A DNA stretch of 64,000 nucleotides from Escherichia coli (GCF_003334255.1 NZ_QOWU01000023.1), one strand, 5' to 3'. Positions 35,636 to 47,414 are shown, counted from the stretch's first letter. Numbers and translations: made by a program. Notes: a model not told the origin generated them from the sequence alone.

Positions 35636-35649
35636 TTGATAACGATCAA
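35636..35649 (-). promoter_or_regulatory. FNR box of the narG promoter (expected at -41.5)
   Basis: Perfect TTGATaacgATCAA, 98 bp upstream of the narG start codon. Confidence 0.8.
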
Positions 35650-35686
35650 GAGTGATGGGGATGAAAAATAAAGTAAATTCCTAAGA

Positions 35687-35812
35687 TACCCCTTTAGGAT
35701 AATTAACAGCCACCACATAACAGACTGTAAATTAAGACGTTTTATACCTGTAGTTATTTAAACTATTAAGATTTTTATGCAGATGGGTATTAAGGAGTAT
35801 TCCCCATGGGTA
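35687..35812 (-). promoter_or_regulatory. NarL heptamers upstream of narG
   Basis: TACCCCT at 35687-35693 and three heptamers (TACCCAT, TACTCCT, TACCCAT on the narG strand) at 35783-35812. With a transcription start inferred from the FNR box these fall near -89, -185, -195 and -208, as described for narG. Confidence 0.6.
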
Positions 35813-36059
35813 ACATATTAATGGCTCTTAATGAAATCCGGCGAAATAAACCATATAACATTAGTATGTTGTAACTAAATGACGCATAAAAAAAGCGCGA
35901 CATCATGCCGCGCAAAGGATAATCAAATATTTTACTCTATATAATTCGGTTTACAGGAAGGCGGCAAGTGAATGAATCCCAGGAGCTTACTAAAGTAAGT
36001 GACTGGGGTGAATGAACGCAGCCGCAGCACATGTAACCCGAAGTATGACGAGTAACGGT

Positions 36060-37451
36060 TTATTTTTTAGAATGCCGACCATATACCGCCCAGGTAATCA
36101 CTACGCAGGCGATATAGAAAATCAAAAATACCTTCATTGCGCCGACTGGCGAACCCGTTAATGCCAGCGAGCTACCAAACGCTTTCGGGATAAAGAAGCC
36201 ACCAATCGCGCCAATCGCAGAGATGAAACCCAGCGCCGCCGCCGTGTCGGTTGCCGCTTCACGCATCGCACGTTCGTCAGAACCCCCTTCTGCTTTCACG
36301 CGATCCATTGTCAGTTTACGGAAGATCACTGAAATCATCTGGAAAGTGGAACCACTACCCAGCCCAGCTGTCAGGAACAGCGCCAGGAAGACCGCGAAGA
36401 ACGCCATGAAGCTTCCGCCCTGCCCGTCAGTCGGTAAGGTCAGGAACAGCAGGCCGCTGAAAATCGCCATCAGAATAAAGTTCACCAGCGTGACACGAGT
36501 TCCGCCCAGACGGTCAGATAATGCACCACCTGCAGAACGCGCCAGCGCACCAATAAACGGCCCGAAGAAAGCGTATTGCAGAATCTGAACATCCGGGAAC
36601 TGCGTTTTTGACAGCATTGCAAAGCCCGCGGAGAAGCCGATGAAGGAGCCGAAGGTTGCCAGATACAGCAGGCTCATAATCCACAGATGACCCCGTTTGA
36701 GTACCGGCAACTGCTCCTTGATGGAGGCTTTCGAGGTAGCAAGATCGTTCATGCCAAACCACGCCGCAATGGTGAAGATGGCAAGGAACGGCACCCATAT
36801 CCAGGACGCATTCGCCAGATACAGCTCAGTCCCATCCGGCTGTTTGACGCCCTGGCTACCAAATACTGCGAAAATCGACAGTGATACCACCAGCGGAGCA
36901 ACCAACTGCATGACGCTGACGCCCATGTTTCCCAGACCACCATTCAGACCCAGCGCGCCACCCTGCTTCTGTTTCGGAAAGAAGAAGCTGATGTTTGCCA
37001 TACTGGATGCGAAGTTCGCGCCAGCAAAGCCGCATAGCAGAGAGATGATGATGAAGACGCTATAAGGCGTGGAGGTATCCTGCACGGCAAAACCCAGCCA
37101 GACGCAAGGAATAATCAGAATACCGGTGCTGAACGCCGTCCAGCGACGACCACCGAAGATAGGAACCATAAAGGAGTATGGAACACGTAATAACGCGCCA
37201 GAAACCGAAGGCAGCGCAGTCAACATAAATAGCTGATCGGTCGTAAAATTAAAGCCGACTTTCGGTAGGTTCACCGCAACAGCGCTGAACAACATCCATA
37301 CGCAAAACGCCAGCAGCAGACAGGGAACGGAAATCCACAGGTTGCGGCTGGCAATACGTTGACCGCGTTGTTGCCAGAACGCAGGATCTTCCGGTCGCCA
37401 ATCTGTAATGACAGCTCCAGTAGCCCTTTCGGGGGCGGATGAGTGACTCAT
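36060..37451 (-). CDS. narK: Nitrate/nitrite transporter NarK (MFS)
   Basis: Polytopic membrane ORF; start set to the second Met (MSHSSAPERATG..., 463 aa). Confidence 0.9.
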   Translation of the reverse strand: MSHSSAPERATGAVITDWRPEDPAFWQQRGQRIASRNLWISVPCLLLAFCVWMLFSAVAVNLPKVGFNFTTDQLFMLTALPSVSGALLRVPYSFMVPIFGGRRWTAFSTGILIIPCVWLGFAVQDTSTPYSVFIIISLLCGFAGANFASSMANISFFFPKQKQGGALGLNGGLGNMGVSVMQLVAPLVVSLSIFAVFGSQGVKQPDGTELYLANASWIWVPFLAIFTIAAWFGMNDLATSKASIKEQLPVLKRGHLWIMSLLYLATFGSFIGFSAGFAMLSKTQFPDVQILQYAFFGPFIGALARSAGGALSDRLGGTRVTLVNFILMAIFSGLLFLTLPTDGQGGSFMAFFAVFLALFLTAGLGSGSTFQMISVIFRKLTMDRVKAEGGSDERAMREAATDTAAALGFISAIGAIGGFFIPKAFGSSLALTGSPVGAMKVFLIFYIACVVITWAVYGRHSKK

Positions 37452-37510
37452 AGACACCTCTGATACTCGTTTCGATGTCTGCCACCTTAGTGTCTGTAGC
37501 TAAAGGCAAT

Positions 37511-37562
37511 TTGATGTAAATCAAACGATAAGATAACTTTATCTATCATTGATATTTATCAT
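37511..37562 (-). promoter_or_regulatory. Two FNR boxes of the narK promoter
   Basis: TTGATgtaaATCAA at 37511-37524 and TTGATatttATCAT at 37549-37562, centred 38 bp apart, consistent with the -41.5/-79.5 arrangement; NarL-like heptamers (tacccat) are nearby. Confidence 0.75.
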
Positions 37563-37789
37563 TACCCATAGTGAGTACAGTGACTTCATAAAAATTATGA
37601 GATTTTTCACGGTGCTGTAAAATCCCTACCCTTACCGATGTAAAGCGACTAACCACACGGCAAATAAGGAGTAACTCTTTCCGGGTATGGGTATACTTCA
37701 GCCAATAGCCGAGAATACTGCCATTCCAGAATGTATCGTCACATTCATTAAGGTTATTGCTCATTTAAAGCCTGAAGGAAGAGGTTTAC

Positions 37790-39586
37790 ATGCTTAAACG
37801 TTGTCTCTCTCCGCTCACCCTGGTTAATCAGGTTGCGCTTATTGTGTTGCTTTCTACTGCTATTGGACTGGCAGGGATGGCGGTTTCTGGCTGGCTGGTG
37901 CAAGGCGTTCAGGGCAGCGCCCATGCGATCAACAAAGCGGGATCGCTGCGCATGCAAAGTTACCGTCTGTTGGCGGCAGTGCCATTAAGCGAGAAAGACA
38001 AGCCCTTAATTAAAGAGATGGAACAAACGGCATTTAGCGCCGAGTTGACTCGAGCAGCAGAACGAGACGGACAACTGGCGCAATTACAGGGTTTACAAGA
38101 TTACTGGCGTAATGAACTGATCCCTGCGCTGATGCGTGCACAAAACCGAGAAACGGTGTCAGCGGATGTCAGCCAGTTTGTTGCCGGGCTTGATCAACTG
38201 GTATCTGGTTTTGACCGCACCACGGAAATGCGCATCGAGACAGTGGTACTGGTCCATCGGGTAATGGCGGTATTTATGGCACTTTTACTGGTGTTCACTA
38301 TTATCTGGTTGCGGGCGCGACTGCTACAACCGTGGCGGCAACTGCTGGCAATGGCGAGTGCCGTCAGTCATCGCGATTTTACCCAACGCGCAAACATCAG
38401 CGGGCGCAACGAAATGGCGATGCTTGGAACTGCGTTGAACAATATGTCTGCAGAACTGGCCGAAAGTTATGCCGTACTTGAGCAGCGGGTTCAGGAGAAA
38501 ACCGCCGGGCTGGAGCATAAAAATCAGATCCTCTCTTTTTTATGGCAGGCTAACCGCCGTTTGCATTCCCGCGCCCCGCTGTGTGAACGCCTGTCACCTG
38601 TACTCAACGGCTTACAGAATTTAACCCTGCTACGTGATATCGAATTGCGGGTGTATGACACTGATGATGAAGAGAATCATCAGGAGTTTACCTGCCAGCC
38701 AGATATGACTTGTGATGATAAAGGCTGCCAGCTCTGCCCGCGCGGCGTATTACCCGTTGGTGATCGCGGCACGACCCTGAAGTGGCGGCTGGCTGACTCT
38801 CATACGCAGTACGGTATTTTGCTGGCGACCCTGCCGCAGGGGCGTCATCTTAGCCATGATCAACAACAACTGGTGGATACCCTGGTTGAACAACTCACCG
38901 CCACGCTGGCGCTGGATCGCCATCAGGAACGTCAGCAACAGTTGATCGTGATGGAAGAGCGTGCCACCATTGCGCGCGAACTGCATGATTCTATTGCCCA
39001 ATCTCTCTCTTGCATGAAGATGCAGGTGAGTTGTTTACAGATGCAGGGCGATGCGCTGCCAGAAAGCAGCCGCGAACTGTTAAGTCAGATCCGTAACGAA
39101 CTGAATGCATCCTGGGCGCAGTTGCGTGAATTGCTCACCACATTCCGCTTGCAGCTCACCGAGCCTGGATTACGTCCGGCGCTGGAGGCGAGTTGCGAAG
39201 AGTACAGCGCCAAATTTGGCTTCCCGGTGAAGCTGGATTATCAATTGCCGCCTCGCCTGGTGCCTTCGCATCAGGCAATCCACTTGTTGCAAATTGCCCG
39301 TGAGGCATTAAGTAACGCCCTCAAACATTCGCAAGCGAGTGAAGTCGTGGTGACGGTGGCGCAAAACGATAATCAGGTCAAACTGACCGTCCAGGATAAC
39401 GGCTGCGGCGTGCCTGAAAATGCCATCCGCAGCAATCACTACGGCATGATAATAATGCGCGATCGTGCGCAAAGTTTACGAGGCGATTGCCGCGTCCGCC
39501 GTCGTGAATCAGGTGGCACCGAAGTGGTGGTCACCTTTATTCCCGAAAAAACTTTCACAGACGTCCAAGGAGATACCCATGAGTAA
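37790..39586 (+). CDS. narX: Nitrate/nitrite sensor histidine kinase NarX
   Basis: 598-aa ORF with an N-terminal transmembrane and periplasmic sensor region and C-terminal histidine-kinase region; divergent from narK. Confidence 0.95.
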
Positions 39587-40229
39587 TCAGGAACCGGCTA
39601 CTATCCTGCTGATTGACGATCACCCGATGCTGCGAACTGGCGTAAAACAGCTTATCAGTATGGCACCAGATATCACCGTGGTTGGCGAAGCGAGTAATGG
39701 CGAACAGGGTATTGAACTGGCGGAGTCTCTTGATCCCGATCTGATCCTGTTAGATCTCAATATGCCCGGCATGAACGGTCTGGAAACGCTGGATAAACTG
39801 CGCGAAAAGTCCCTCTCAGGGCGCATTGTGGTATTCAGCGTCTCTAACCATGAAGAAGATGTGGTCACCGCACTGAAACGCGGCGCGGATGGCTATCTGT
39901 TAAAAGATATGGAACCGGAAGATCTGCTGAAAGCATTGCATCAGGCAGCTGCTGGCGAAATGGTATTAAGCGAAGCATTAACGCCTGTTCTGGCCGCCAG
40001 CTTGCGCGCTAACCGTGCCACTACTGAGCGCGATGTTAACCAGTTAACCCCACGCGAGCGCGATATTCTCAAGCTGATTGCCCAGGGTTTGCCGAACAAG
40101 ATGATTGCCCGCCGCCTGGATATCACCGAAAGCACAGTAAAAGTGCACGTCAAGCACATGCTGAAGAAAATGAAGCTCAAGTCTCGCGTGGAAGCAGCGG
40201 TATGGGTGCATCAGGAGCGCATTTTCTGA
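39579..40229 (+). CDS. narL: Nitrate/nitrite response regulator NarL
   Basis: Start set to [19 protein letters not shown] (216 aa); overlaps the narX 3' end by 8 nt. Confidence 0.95.
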
Positions 40230-41624
40230 TTACGGTTCCCAGCGCAGTTCGTCGTTTGACAATGCATCGAACGGTTCGACAAGCGTTAGCGTGATCTCAT
40301 TGGAGGAGACACGCTGCCCCTGGTTATCTTCCACCACCACAGACAATCGCCAGTGATTGCTTGCCCCTTCCCCGTTCTGCCAGTCAGGCATGATCAGCGT
40401 CCAGCCCTCCGCGCTGTTGGCTTGTGCGCCCGGCGTCAAACTTAATATCTGCGTATCGCCCTGCCAAATCAGTTGCCGAATACCGTAACGACTGCGGATT
40501 TGTAATTTCAGCGGCACTGTTTCGCCAGGTTTTAGATCCCACGGCGGTGTCGCCAGAAACACCGTTAACGTTTTTCGCTGTCGGTACTCAAGAGTCGGTA
40601 GATTATTTCGCTGCGGATTGTCATAGCGACTACCACGTAACGACTGACTTTCGGCAACCTCGCCCGCAGAAAGTTGTTTTTTGAGCGGTACACCAAAGCG
40701 GTAATTAAGATTCAGCCCGAGGTTATTTTGATTTTCGCCACTTTCACCCTGTTTATGCTGGGCCGTCACAGTGACTAATGGCACAGGGGTGTAATTTAAT
40801 CCCAGACTCAACGCGACGGGATTGTGATAACCCGTACCAGAGTTAAACAAATCAACACGATCACCAAAATACTGTTCTAGGCTGACACTGGTATTGAGGT
40901 GTTGATAGAACGGCATGCGCATCCGAGCTGTCAGGTCGTACCCGCGCGCCATCCGTTGTTCCTGCGTGGCTGTCTGTTCATGCCATGCAGCAAACGGCTG
41001 ATAAAAGTTTGCCGATAATCGCAAATATTCGCCCCACGCTTCGGCACCAAAGCCCGCTCGCTGAAGATTTTCGTCCAGCAAGTTGTCATAAAAAGTGTTA
41101 TAACCCACCAGCCAGTTGCCGCGCGCCCAGCGTTGCCCAACGCCCACATTGCTCACCAACCCATTATCCTGCTGAGTAAGACCAAGCTGGCTCCAGGTGA
41201 GATAACGATCATTATCTTGTAACGGCACAAACCAGCTTCCACGACTGCCGGTGAAATGTCCTTCGTTATCCACTTTGACGTCAACACTGGCATTTCCCCA
41301 CGGTGATAGCCAGGACTCTACGTGCTGATTAACCTGTTGACTAAGCGCGTCGCGGACTTTTCCCAATGCGAAAGCTTTTGCCTGCTCGCCAGTATCCAGC
41401 CCGTTATCATTCATACTGGTTTCGCCGAAATCTTTCACAATTTCAGCAAAGTGTTTTTCCCCATCATGATTTTCGGGAGCCATGCCTAAATCCGGCAGAC
41501 CATCATTGTTATTATCAAAGGGATTTGCCGCTTTTTGCTCGAAGGTAGATTGTGCGTTAGCTGTACCGCCTGCTACAAGCAAGAGTAAATAAAACGGGAT
41601 AATGCGAGGAACGAAACGGCTCAA
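40230..41624 (-). CDS. ychO: Invasin/intimin-family outer membrane protein YchO
   Basis: 464-aa ORF with a signal peptide; synteny. Its stop codon abuts the narL stop. Confidence 0.8.
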   Translation of the reverse strand: MSRFVPRIIPFYLLLLVAGGTANAQSTFEQKAANPFDNNNDGLPDLGMAPENHDGEKHFAEIVKDFGETSMNDNGLDTGEQAKAFALGKVRDALSQQVNQHVESWLSPWGNASVDVKVDNEGHFTGSRGSWFVPLQDNDRYLTWSQLGLTQQDNGLVSNVGVGQRWARGNWLVGYNTFYDNLLDENLQRAGFGAEAWGEYLRLSANFYQPFAAWHEQTATQEQRMARGYDLTARMRMPFYQHLNTSVSLEQYFGDRVDLFNSGTGYHNPVALSLGLNYTPVPLVTVTAQHKQGESGENQNNLGLNLNYRFGVPLKKQLSAGEVAESQSLRGSRYDNPQRNNLPTLEYRQRKTLTVFLATPPWDLKPGETVPLKLQIRSRYGIRQLIWQGDTQILSLTPGAQANSAEGWTLIMPDWQNGEGASNHWRLSVVVEDNQGQRVSSNEITLTLVEPFDALSNDELRWEP

Positions 41625-41646
41625 AACGTCGGTAACTTCCGGTAAT

Positions 41647-41686
<40 letters not shown>

Positions 41687-41687
41687 A

Positions 41688-41791
<104 letters not shown>

Positions 41792-41808
41792 GAATACAGG
41801 AGTAAATA

Positions 41809-42162
41809 ATGCAAAAAATCGTGATCGTTGCCAATGGCGCACCTTACGGGAGCGAATCCTTGTTTAACAGCTTGCGGCTGGCCATTGCGTTACGAGAGCA
41901 GGAGAGCAATCTGGATCTGCGTCTGTTCCTCATGTCTGATGCGGTCACAGCCGGGTTGCGCGGGCAAAAACCAGGGGAAGGCTACAACATTCAGCAAATG
42001 CTGGAGATCCTTACCGCTCAGAATGTACCGGTGAAATTGTGCAAAACCTGTACCGACGGGCGCGGGATTAGTACACTTCCTCTGATTGATGGGGTGGAAA
42101 TCGGTACTCTTGTGGAACTGGCGCAATGGACGCTGTCAGCCGATAAAGTGCTCACATTTTAA
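41809..42162 (+). CDS. ychN: DsrE/DsrF-like family protein YchN
   Basis: 117-aa ORF; synteny. Confidence 0.85.
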   Translation: MQKIVIVANGAPYGSESLFNSLRLAIALREQESNLDLRLFLMSDAVTAGLRGQKPGEGYNIQQMLEILTAQNVPVKLCKTCTDGRGISTLPLIDGVEIGTLVELAQWTLSADKVLTF

Positions 42163-42169
42163 TGTTTGA

Positions 42170-42190
42170 GGGGGCGTCTGACGCCCCACT
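42170..42190. terminator. Hairpin between convergent ychN and chaC
   Basis: gggggcgtc-tgac-gccccac. Confidence 0.5.
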
Positions 42191-42205
42191 ATGCGGGAAG
42201 TTTAC

Positions 42206-42901
42206 TCAGGCGAATCCCGGACGTAACACACCATCCGGAAAATTCTCCGCCAGCAGTTTTTTTACCGATACCAGCAAATCATTCAGCCCATCGTCCTGCA
42301 TTCCCAGTTTGATAAGCTCCTGTTCCAGTGAAAACAGGTATTGTGCGTTGGTTCCCAGCGGACCGCTCGCCGCCGCAATCAACGGCGCGATGACCTGAGC
42401 GCGAGTATCAGATTCATATTCTGGATGTCGCGGGTCCATAATAAACACAATGGCGTTTACTGTGCGTCCATCATCAAGATCAAGCTGACACCAGGTTGGC
42501 AGATAACAGCCGGTAATCATCTCTCGCTTCCACAACAGGGTTAGTTCCTGCTCCAGCGTCTCTTCTGGCAGTCGATAGGCGACGCCTGTGGTGCGTCCGC
42601 CCTCTTTCAGTGCAAGCATCCGTCCCGGCTGGTGCGCAGTCCCGCGCCCGGCGGTCAGGCGCAGGCAAAATGCGCGATGCCATCCAACCAGTGTACCGGT
42701 GCACGATTCGGTAAACTCCAGTGCCGGATTCCACATCAACGATCCATAGCCGAAGATCCACACCGGTCCCTCATCAGGTCGACAAGCCAGCGTCGCCGCC
42801 AGCGAAGCCGCCCGTTGTTCTGCTGACCATAAGAGTGATTCTTCAATGGCACCAAATGCCGTTTTACAATCGGCATTCATCAAGAAATCACGCGTTATCA
42901 C
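42206..42901 (-). CDS. chaC: ChaC-family gamma-glutamylcyclotransferase
   Basis: Start trimmed to the GTG giving (M)ITRDFLMNADCK... (231 aa); the 243-aa ORF is probably 5'-extended. Confidence 0.75.
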   Translation of the reverse strand: MITRDFLMNADCKTAFGAIEESLLWSAEQRAASLAATLACRPDEGPVWIFGYGSLMWNPALEFTESCTGTLVGWHRAFCLRLTAGRGTAHQPGRMLALKEGGRTTGVAYRLPEETLEQELTLLWKREMITGCYLPTWCQLDLDDGRTVNAIVFIMDPRHPEYESDTRAQVIAPLIAAASGPLGTNAQYLFSLEQELIKLGMQDDGLNDLLVSVKKLLAENFPDGVLRPGFA

Positions 42902-43058
42902 CTTACACCTCCGCCACTGCATACTTCCCTGCGACAACTTTTTGGTGTCTTCCGGACATTTTTACTGCTCATTTTGAAACCACTAACGGGACAATATGCA
43001 ATCCACGGACCACTTGCAAGGCAACACCGCACGAATAGCTTTAACTAAGCGACCGGTT

Positions 43059-43289
43059 TTACGATTTTTTATGCCATTTATCATCATCCCCTTTGGCATA
43101 TTCATGCTTCACAGCAGCCCAGGCCACTTTATGCGCGGTTTCTTCGCGACTGGCGTCATCACGCCGATCTTCTTTATCTTTATATTGATCCCATGCGCTG
43201 TTGAACGCTTCTTTATAGATATCCTGGGCATGAGACGGTAGAACGTGCTTTACGCTTTCCGGCAGATCGCTTTTCGTTTTATACGGCAT
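43059..43289 (-). CDS. chaB: Cation transport regulator ChaB
   Basis: 76-aa ORF; synteny. Confidence 0.85.
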   Translation of the reverse strand: MPYKTKSDLPESVKHVLPSHAQDIYKEAFNSAWDQYKDKEDRRDDASREETAHKVAWAAVKHEYAKGDDDKWHKKS

Positions 43290-43558
43290 CGTTGACTCCT
43301 TTTACAAAGTTGAACATTAAGTGTGGTCAACAATATCTACTCTTGCCAAAACATAAGAATTTTCAGGTCAGACTCTTCTTAAGAAACGCTAAAACAAACA
43401 TTGTCTAAACGTAATACTTATTTTTATGCCCCAATGAGTAAAAAATCGACAGCGGGGTAAAAATTCGTAAAATGTTACCGATATCCAGACACTTTCTGTT
43501 ATTTTTCCTACCTATTTTTTACATTTTCGATAAATTCATCTGCAAAGGGATAACCATA

Positions 43559-44659
43559 ATGTCAAATGCTCAAGAGGCGGTAAAAACCCGCCACAAGGAG
43601 ACTTCGCTTATTTTCCCGGTTCTGGCGCTGGTAGTGCTGTTCCTGTGGGGAAGCAGCCAGACACTACCAGTGGTCATTGCCATCAATCTTCTTGCGCTTA
43701 TTGGTATTTTAAGTAGCGCCTTTAGTGTTGTCCGTCATGCGGACGTATTAGCCCATCGCCTGGGAGAACCTTACGGTTCGCTTATTCTTAGCCTTTCAGT
43801 GGTTATTCTTGAAGTCAGTTTGATTTCAGCTTTAATGGCAACCGGCGACGCCGCGCCAACGCTAATGCGTGATACGCTCTATTCAATCATTATGATTGTT
43901 ACCGGTGGGCTGGTTGGCTTTTCATTATTGTTGGGCGGTCGTAAGTTTGCCACCCAATATATGAATCTGTTTGGTATCAAGCAGTATTTAATTGCGCTGT
44001 TCCCCCTGGCGATAATCGTACTGGTATTTCCAATGGCTCTGCCTGCGGCGAATTTTTCAACCGGTCAGGCGTTACTGGTAGCATTAATTTCTGCGGCAAT
44101 GTATGGCGTATTTTTGCTGATCCAGACCAAAACGCATCAAAGTTTGTTTGTCTACGAGCACGAAGATGACAGTGATGATGACGACCCGCATCACGGTAAA
44201 CCGTCTGCCCATAGCAGCCTGTGGCATGCTATCTGGTTGATTATCCATCTGATTGCCGTTATTGCGGTGACCAAAATGAACGCCAGCTCGCTGGAGACAT
44301 TGCTCGACAGCATGAATGCCCCTGTCGCCTTTACTGGCTTCCTGGTGGCACTGTTGATTCTGTCGCCGGAAGGTTTAGGTGCATTAAAAGCAGTGTTGAA
44401 CAACCAGGTTCAGCGCGCGATGAATCTGTTCTTTGGTTCAGTGTTAGCAACCATTTCGCTTACCGTACCTGTCGTCACGCTAATTGCCTTTATGACGGGT
44501 AACGAATTGCAGTTTGCACTTGGTGCGCCAGAAATGGTGGTGATGGTGGCCTCTTTAGTGCTGTGCCATATCTCCTTCTCCACCGGACGTACTAACGTGC
44601 TCAATGGCGCAGCGCATCTGGCACTGTTTGCCGCCTATTTGATGACGATATTTGCCTGA
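43559..44659 (+). CDS. chaA: Ca2+/H+ (Na+/H+) antiporter ChaA
   Basis: Start set to MSNAQEAVKTRHKETSLIFPV... (366 aa); the 395-aa ORF is 5'-extended. Confidence 0.9.
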   Translation: MSNAQEAVKTRHKETSLIFPVLALVVLFLWGSSQTLPVVIAINLLALIGILSSAFSVVRHADVLAHRLGEPYGSLILSLSVVILEVSLISALMATGDAAPTLMRDTLYSIIMIVTGGLVGFSLLLGGRKFATQYMNLFGIKQYLIALFPLAIIVLVFPMALPAANFSTGQALLVALISAAMYGVFLLIQTKTHQSLFVYEHEDDSDDDDPHHGKPSAHSSLWHAIWLIIHLIAVIAVTKMNASSLETLLDSMNAPVAFTGFLVALLILSPEGLGALKAVLNNQVQRAMNLFFGSVLATISLTVPVVTLIAFMTGNELQFALGAPEMVVMVASLVLCHISFSTGRTNVLNGAAHLALFAAYLMTIFA

Positions 44660-45062
44660 CAGTTATATCTCCTCCGATGACGGTAATCGGGGGAGATAAT
44701 ATAAATTCCTGCTTATTGTATTTCTTCATACTACCTGGACAGGTCGTTAATCAGAATTGCGAGCCTGTACCACACCCTGCACGAAACCACTGCAACAGCT
44801 GTTGAAAAGCCGGAATGTACTCTTCATTGCAAACATTTCAGGGATGAAGTGAAGATGAATTGCGACGTAGTATCCACACCAAGCCGGCGTTATCCGGTGA
44901 GGCGCAATGTTGCGGGGCTTTATCCCTGGTGGCATTGGTTGCTGGAAAGAGAAAACCCCCGCACGTTGAGAGGTAAAACCTGACAACAAAACGGGGGCTA
45001 ATCTTGAAACCAGACACTTCAAGAATAGCCGCAAAATGTTGTCATTACAACAAGGCGGCTAT

Positions 45063-45170
45063 ATGACGCTCGCGCAGTTTGCCATGATTTTCTGGCACGA
45101 CCTGGCAGCACCGATCCTGGCGGGAATTATTACCGCAGCGATTGTCAGCTGGTGGCGTAACCGGAAGTAA
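45063..45170 (+). CDS. ldr: Ldr-family type I toxin peptide (35 aa)
   Basis: ATG at 45063 to TAA at 45168-45170 translates MTLAQFAMIFWHDLAAPILAGIITAAIVSWWRNRK, which matches the LdrA/B/C toxins as I recall them. It is too short to appear in the ORF track. Confidence 0.8.
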   Translation: MTLAQFAMIFWHDLAAPILAGIITAAIVSWWRNRK

Positions 45171-45318
45171 GGTGAAAACGGGCGTCAGGCTGCCGTGATG
45201 GCAATATGCGCCCGAAACCGGCCGCAGGGGTAACAGCCTGCGGCCTTTTTTGTATCCGGCACCCATGAAAAAAGTCTTAACGCAGAACGCTAATACTTTA
45301 TTTTTCAAGCAAAAAAGA

Positions 45319-46182
<864 letters not shown>

Positions 46183-46208
46183 TTAATCTTGAGTAAAATG
46201 TCGATTAA

Positions 46209-47018
46209 TTAATGCAGCACAATATGTTTATGCGCGATGTTATTTATTTGCGCACGGATCATTTCGCTGATCGGGTCTTCCGGACACTGTTCAACGAAAT
46301 AACTTAAATCGTTCAACGCAACGTGTTCGCAATCCAGTTGCGCATAAATCAACCCGCGATCGCGAATTTCATAGGGATCTTCAGGGTTGAATTGTAATAA
46401 AGCTTCGCTGGTGCGTAACGCCAGCTCCATCTGATTTTCTTCCATCAACGAGGCTTTGAGTGTATCCAGCAATTTGCGGATTACCTCAATGTTATCAGCT
46501 TCATCAAGGTCTTCATAAAACAGTTCCGCCGACGGGCTGATATTTCCCTTTAACCATACGTCCAGCATATGTTCGCTTAACGATTCACCGTTAAAAGGAT
46601 TAATCAGCCAAATTTCGCCATCCGGACATTCAATGCGCAATATCAGCTGCGTAGGGAAAATCACCGGCAGCAGCGGCAAATCGAGACGATTCGCGACCCA
46701 TAATAAAACCGCACCTAATGATACCGCACTGCCCTGTCGATTCTTTAACACCTGGTCCAGCCATAATGCATCGGAAAGACGATAAACACCGCGTGAGGCT
46801 TTAAATCCCCAGTCGCCGTAAAACAGCGCGATCAGTTTTTCCAACTGCTCTTCTAAAGGCAGAAGCTGGCTGATTTCTTCCTTCGCCAGACTAACGAGAC
46901 GCTCCAGTTCGTCGTAAACATCTTGCGAGGGAAAATCGCGGCGGATTGCTTCGCAAGCCAGGATCATGCCTTCGCACAATGGCGCTTTATTAAATTCGAA
47001 ATCAGCTAACGATCTCAT
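46209..47018 (-). CDS. sirB1: SirB1 (YchA), transglutaminase-like/TPR protein
   Basis: 269-aa ORF; synteny within the hemA-prfA-prmC-sirB2-sirB1-kdsA block. Confidence 0.85.
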   Translation of the reverse strand: MRSLADFEFNKAPLCEGMILACEAIRRDFPSQDVYDELERLVSLAKEEISQLLPLEEQLEKLIALFYGDWGFKASRGVYRLSDALWLDQVLKNRQGSAVSLGAVLLWVANRLDLPLLPVIFPTQLILRIECPDGEIWLINPFNGESLSEHMLDVWLKGNISPSAELFYEDLDEADNIEVIRKLLDTLKASLMEENQMELALRTSEALLQFNPEDPYEIRDRGLIYAQLDCEHVALNDLSYFVEQCPEDPISEMIRAQINNIAHKHIVLH

Positions 47019-47021
47019 GAC

Positions 47022-47414
47022 TTACCCCAGTAACGGTACTTTTGTGGTGGCGAGTTTAATGATGATGTACAGCACCACCAACGCCAGCGGGAAGGCAATA
47101 ATGCGCGCCTGCTGACTGTGCATACGACGATAATCGAGTGCAATAAAACCCAAAACGATATAAATGATAACTCCAAACAGCTTTTCAGTCAGCCACTGTG
47201 CCTGCCCGGAAAATGGCAGGATGTGCGCTTTAGCCATCAACGCAATGCCGCTTAACAGTAACAGCGTATCGACAACCGGCGGCACAATGCGCGTCCAGCG
47301 AGCAAATGCCTGTGGATGCTTCTGATAACGTAGCCAGAAACGTAAGGTTAATAGCCCAACAGAAAGCGCGATACTAATAAGATGAACACTAAGCAGTGTA
47401 GAAAAACTTGTCAT
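47022..47414 (-). CDS. sirB2: SirB2 (YchQ) inner membrane protein
   Basis: 130-aa membrane ORF; synteny. Confidence 0.85.
   Translation of the reverse strand: MTSFSTLLSVHLISIALSVGLLTLRFWLRYQKHPQAFARWTRIVPPVVDTLLLLSGIALMAKAHILPFSGQAQWLTEKLFGVIIYIVLGFIALDYRRMHSQQARIIAFPLALVVLYIIIKLATTKVPLLG

Noticed and set aside
44747-45308. Two minus-strand ORFs (95 aa and 87 aa) in the chaA-kdsA spacer
   Set aside because: They are antisense to the Ldr toxin locus and have no recognisable features; the spacer is better explained by the ldr ORF and its regulatory RNA.
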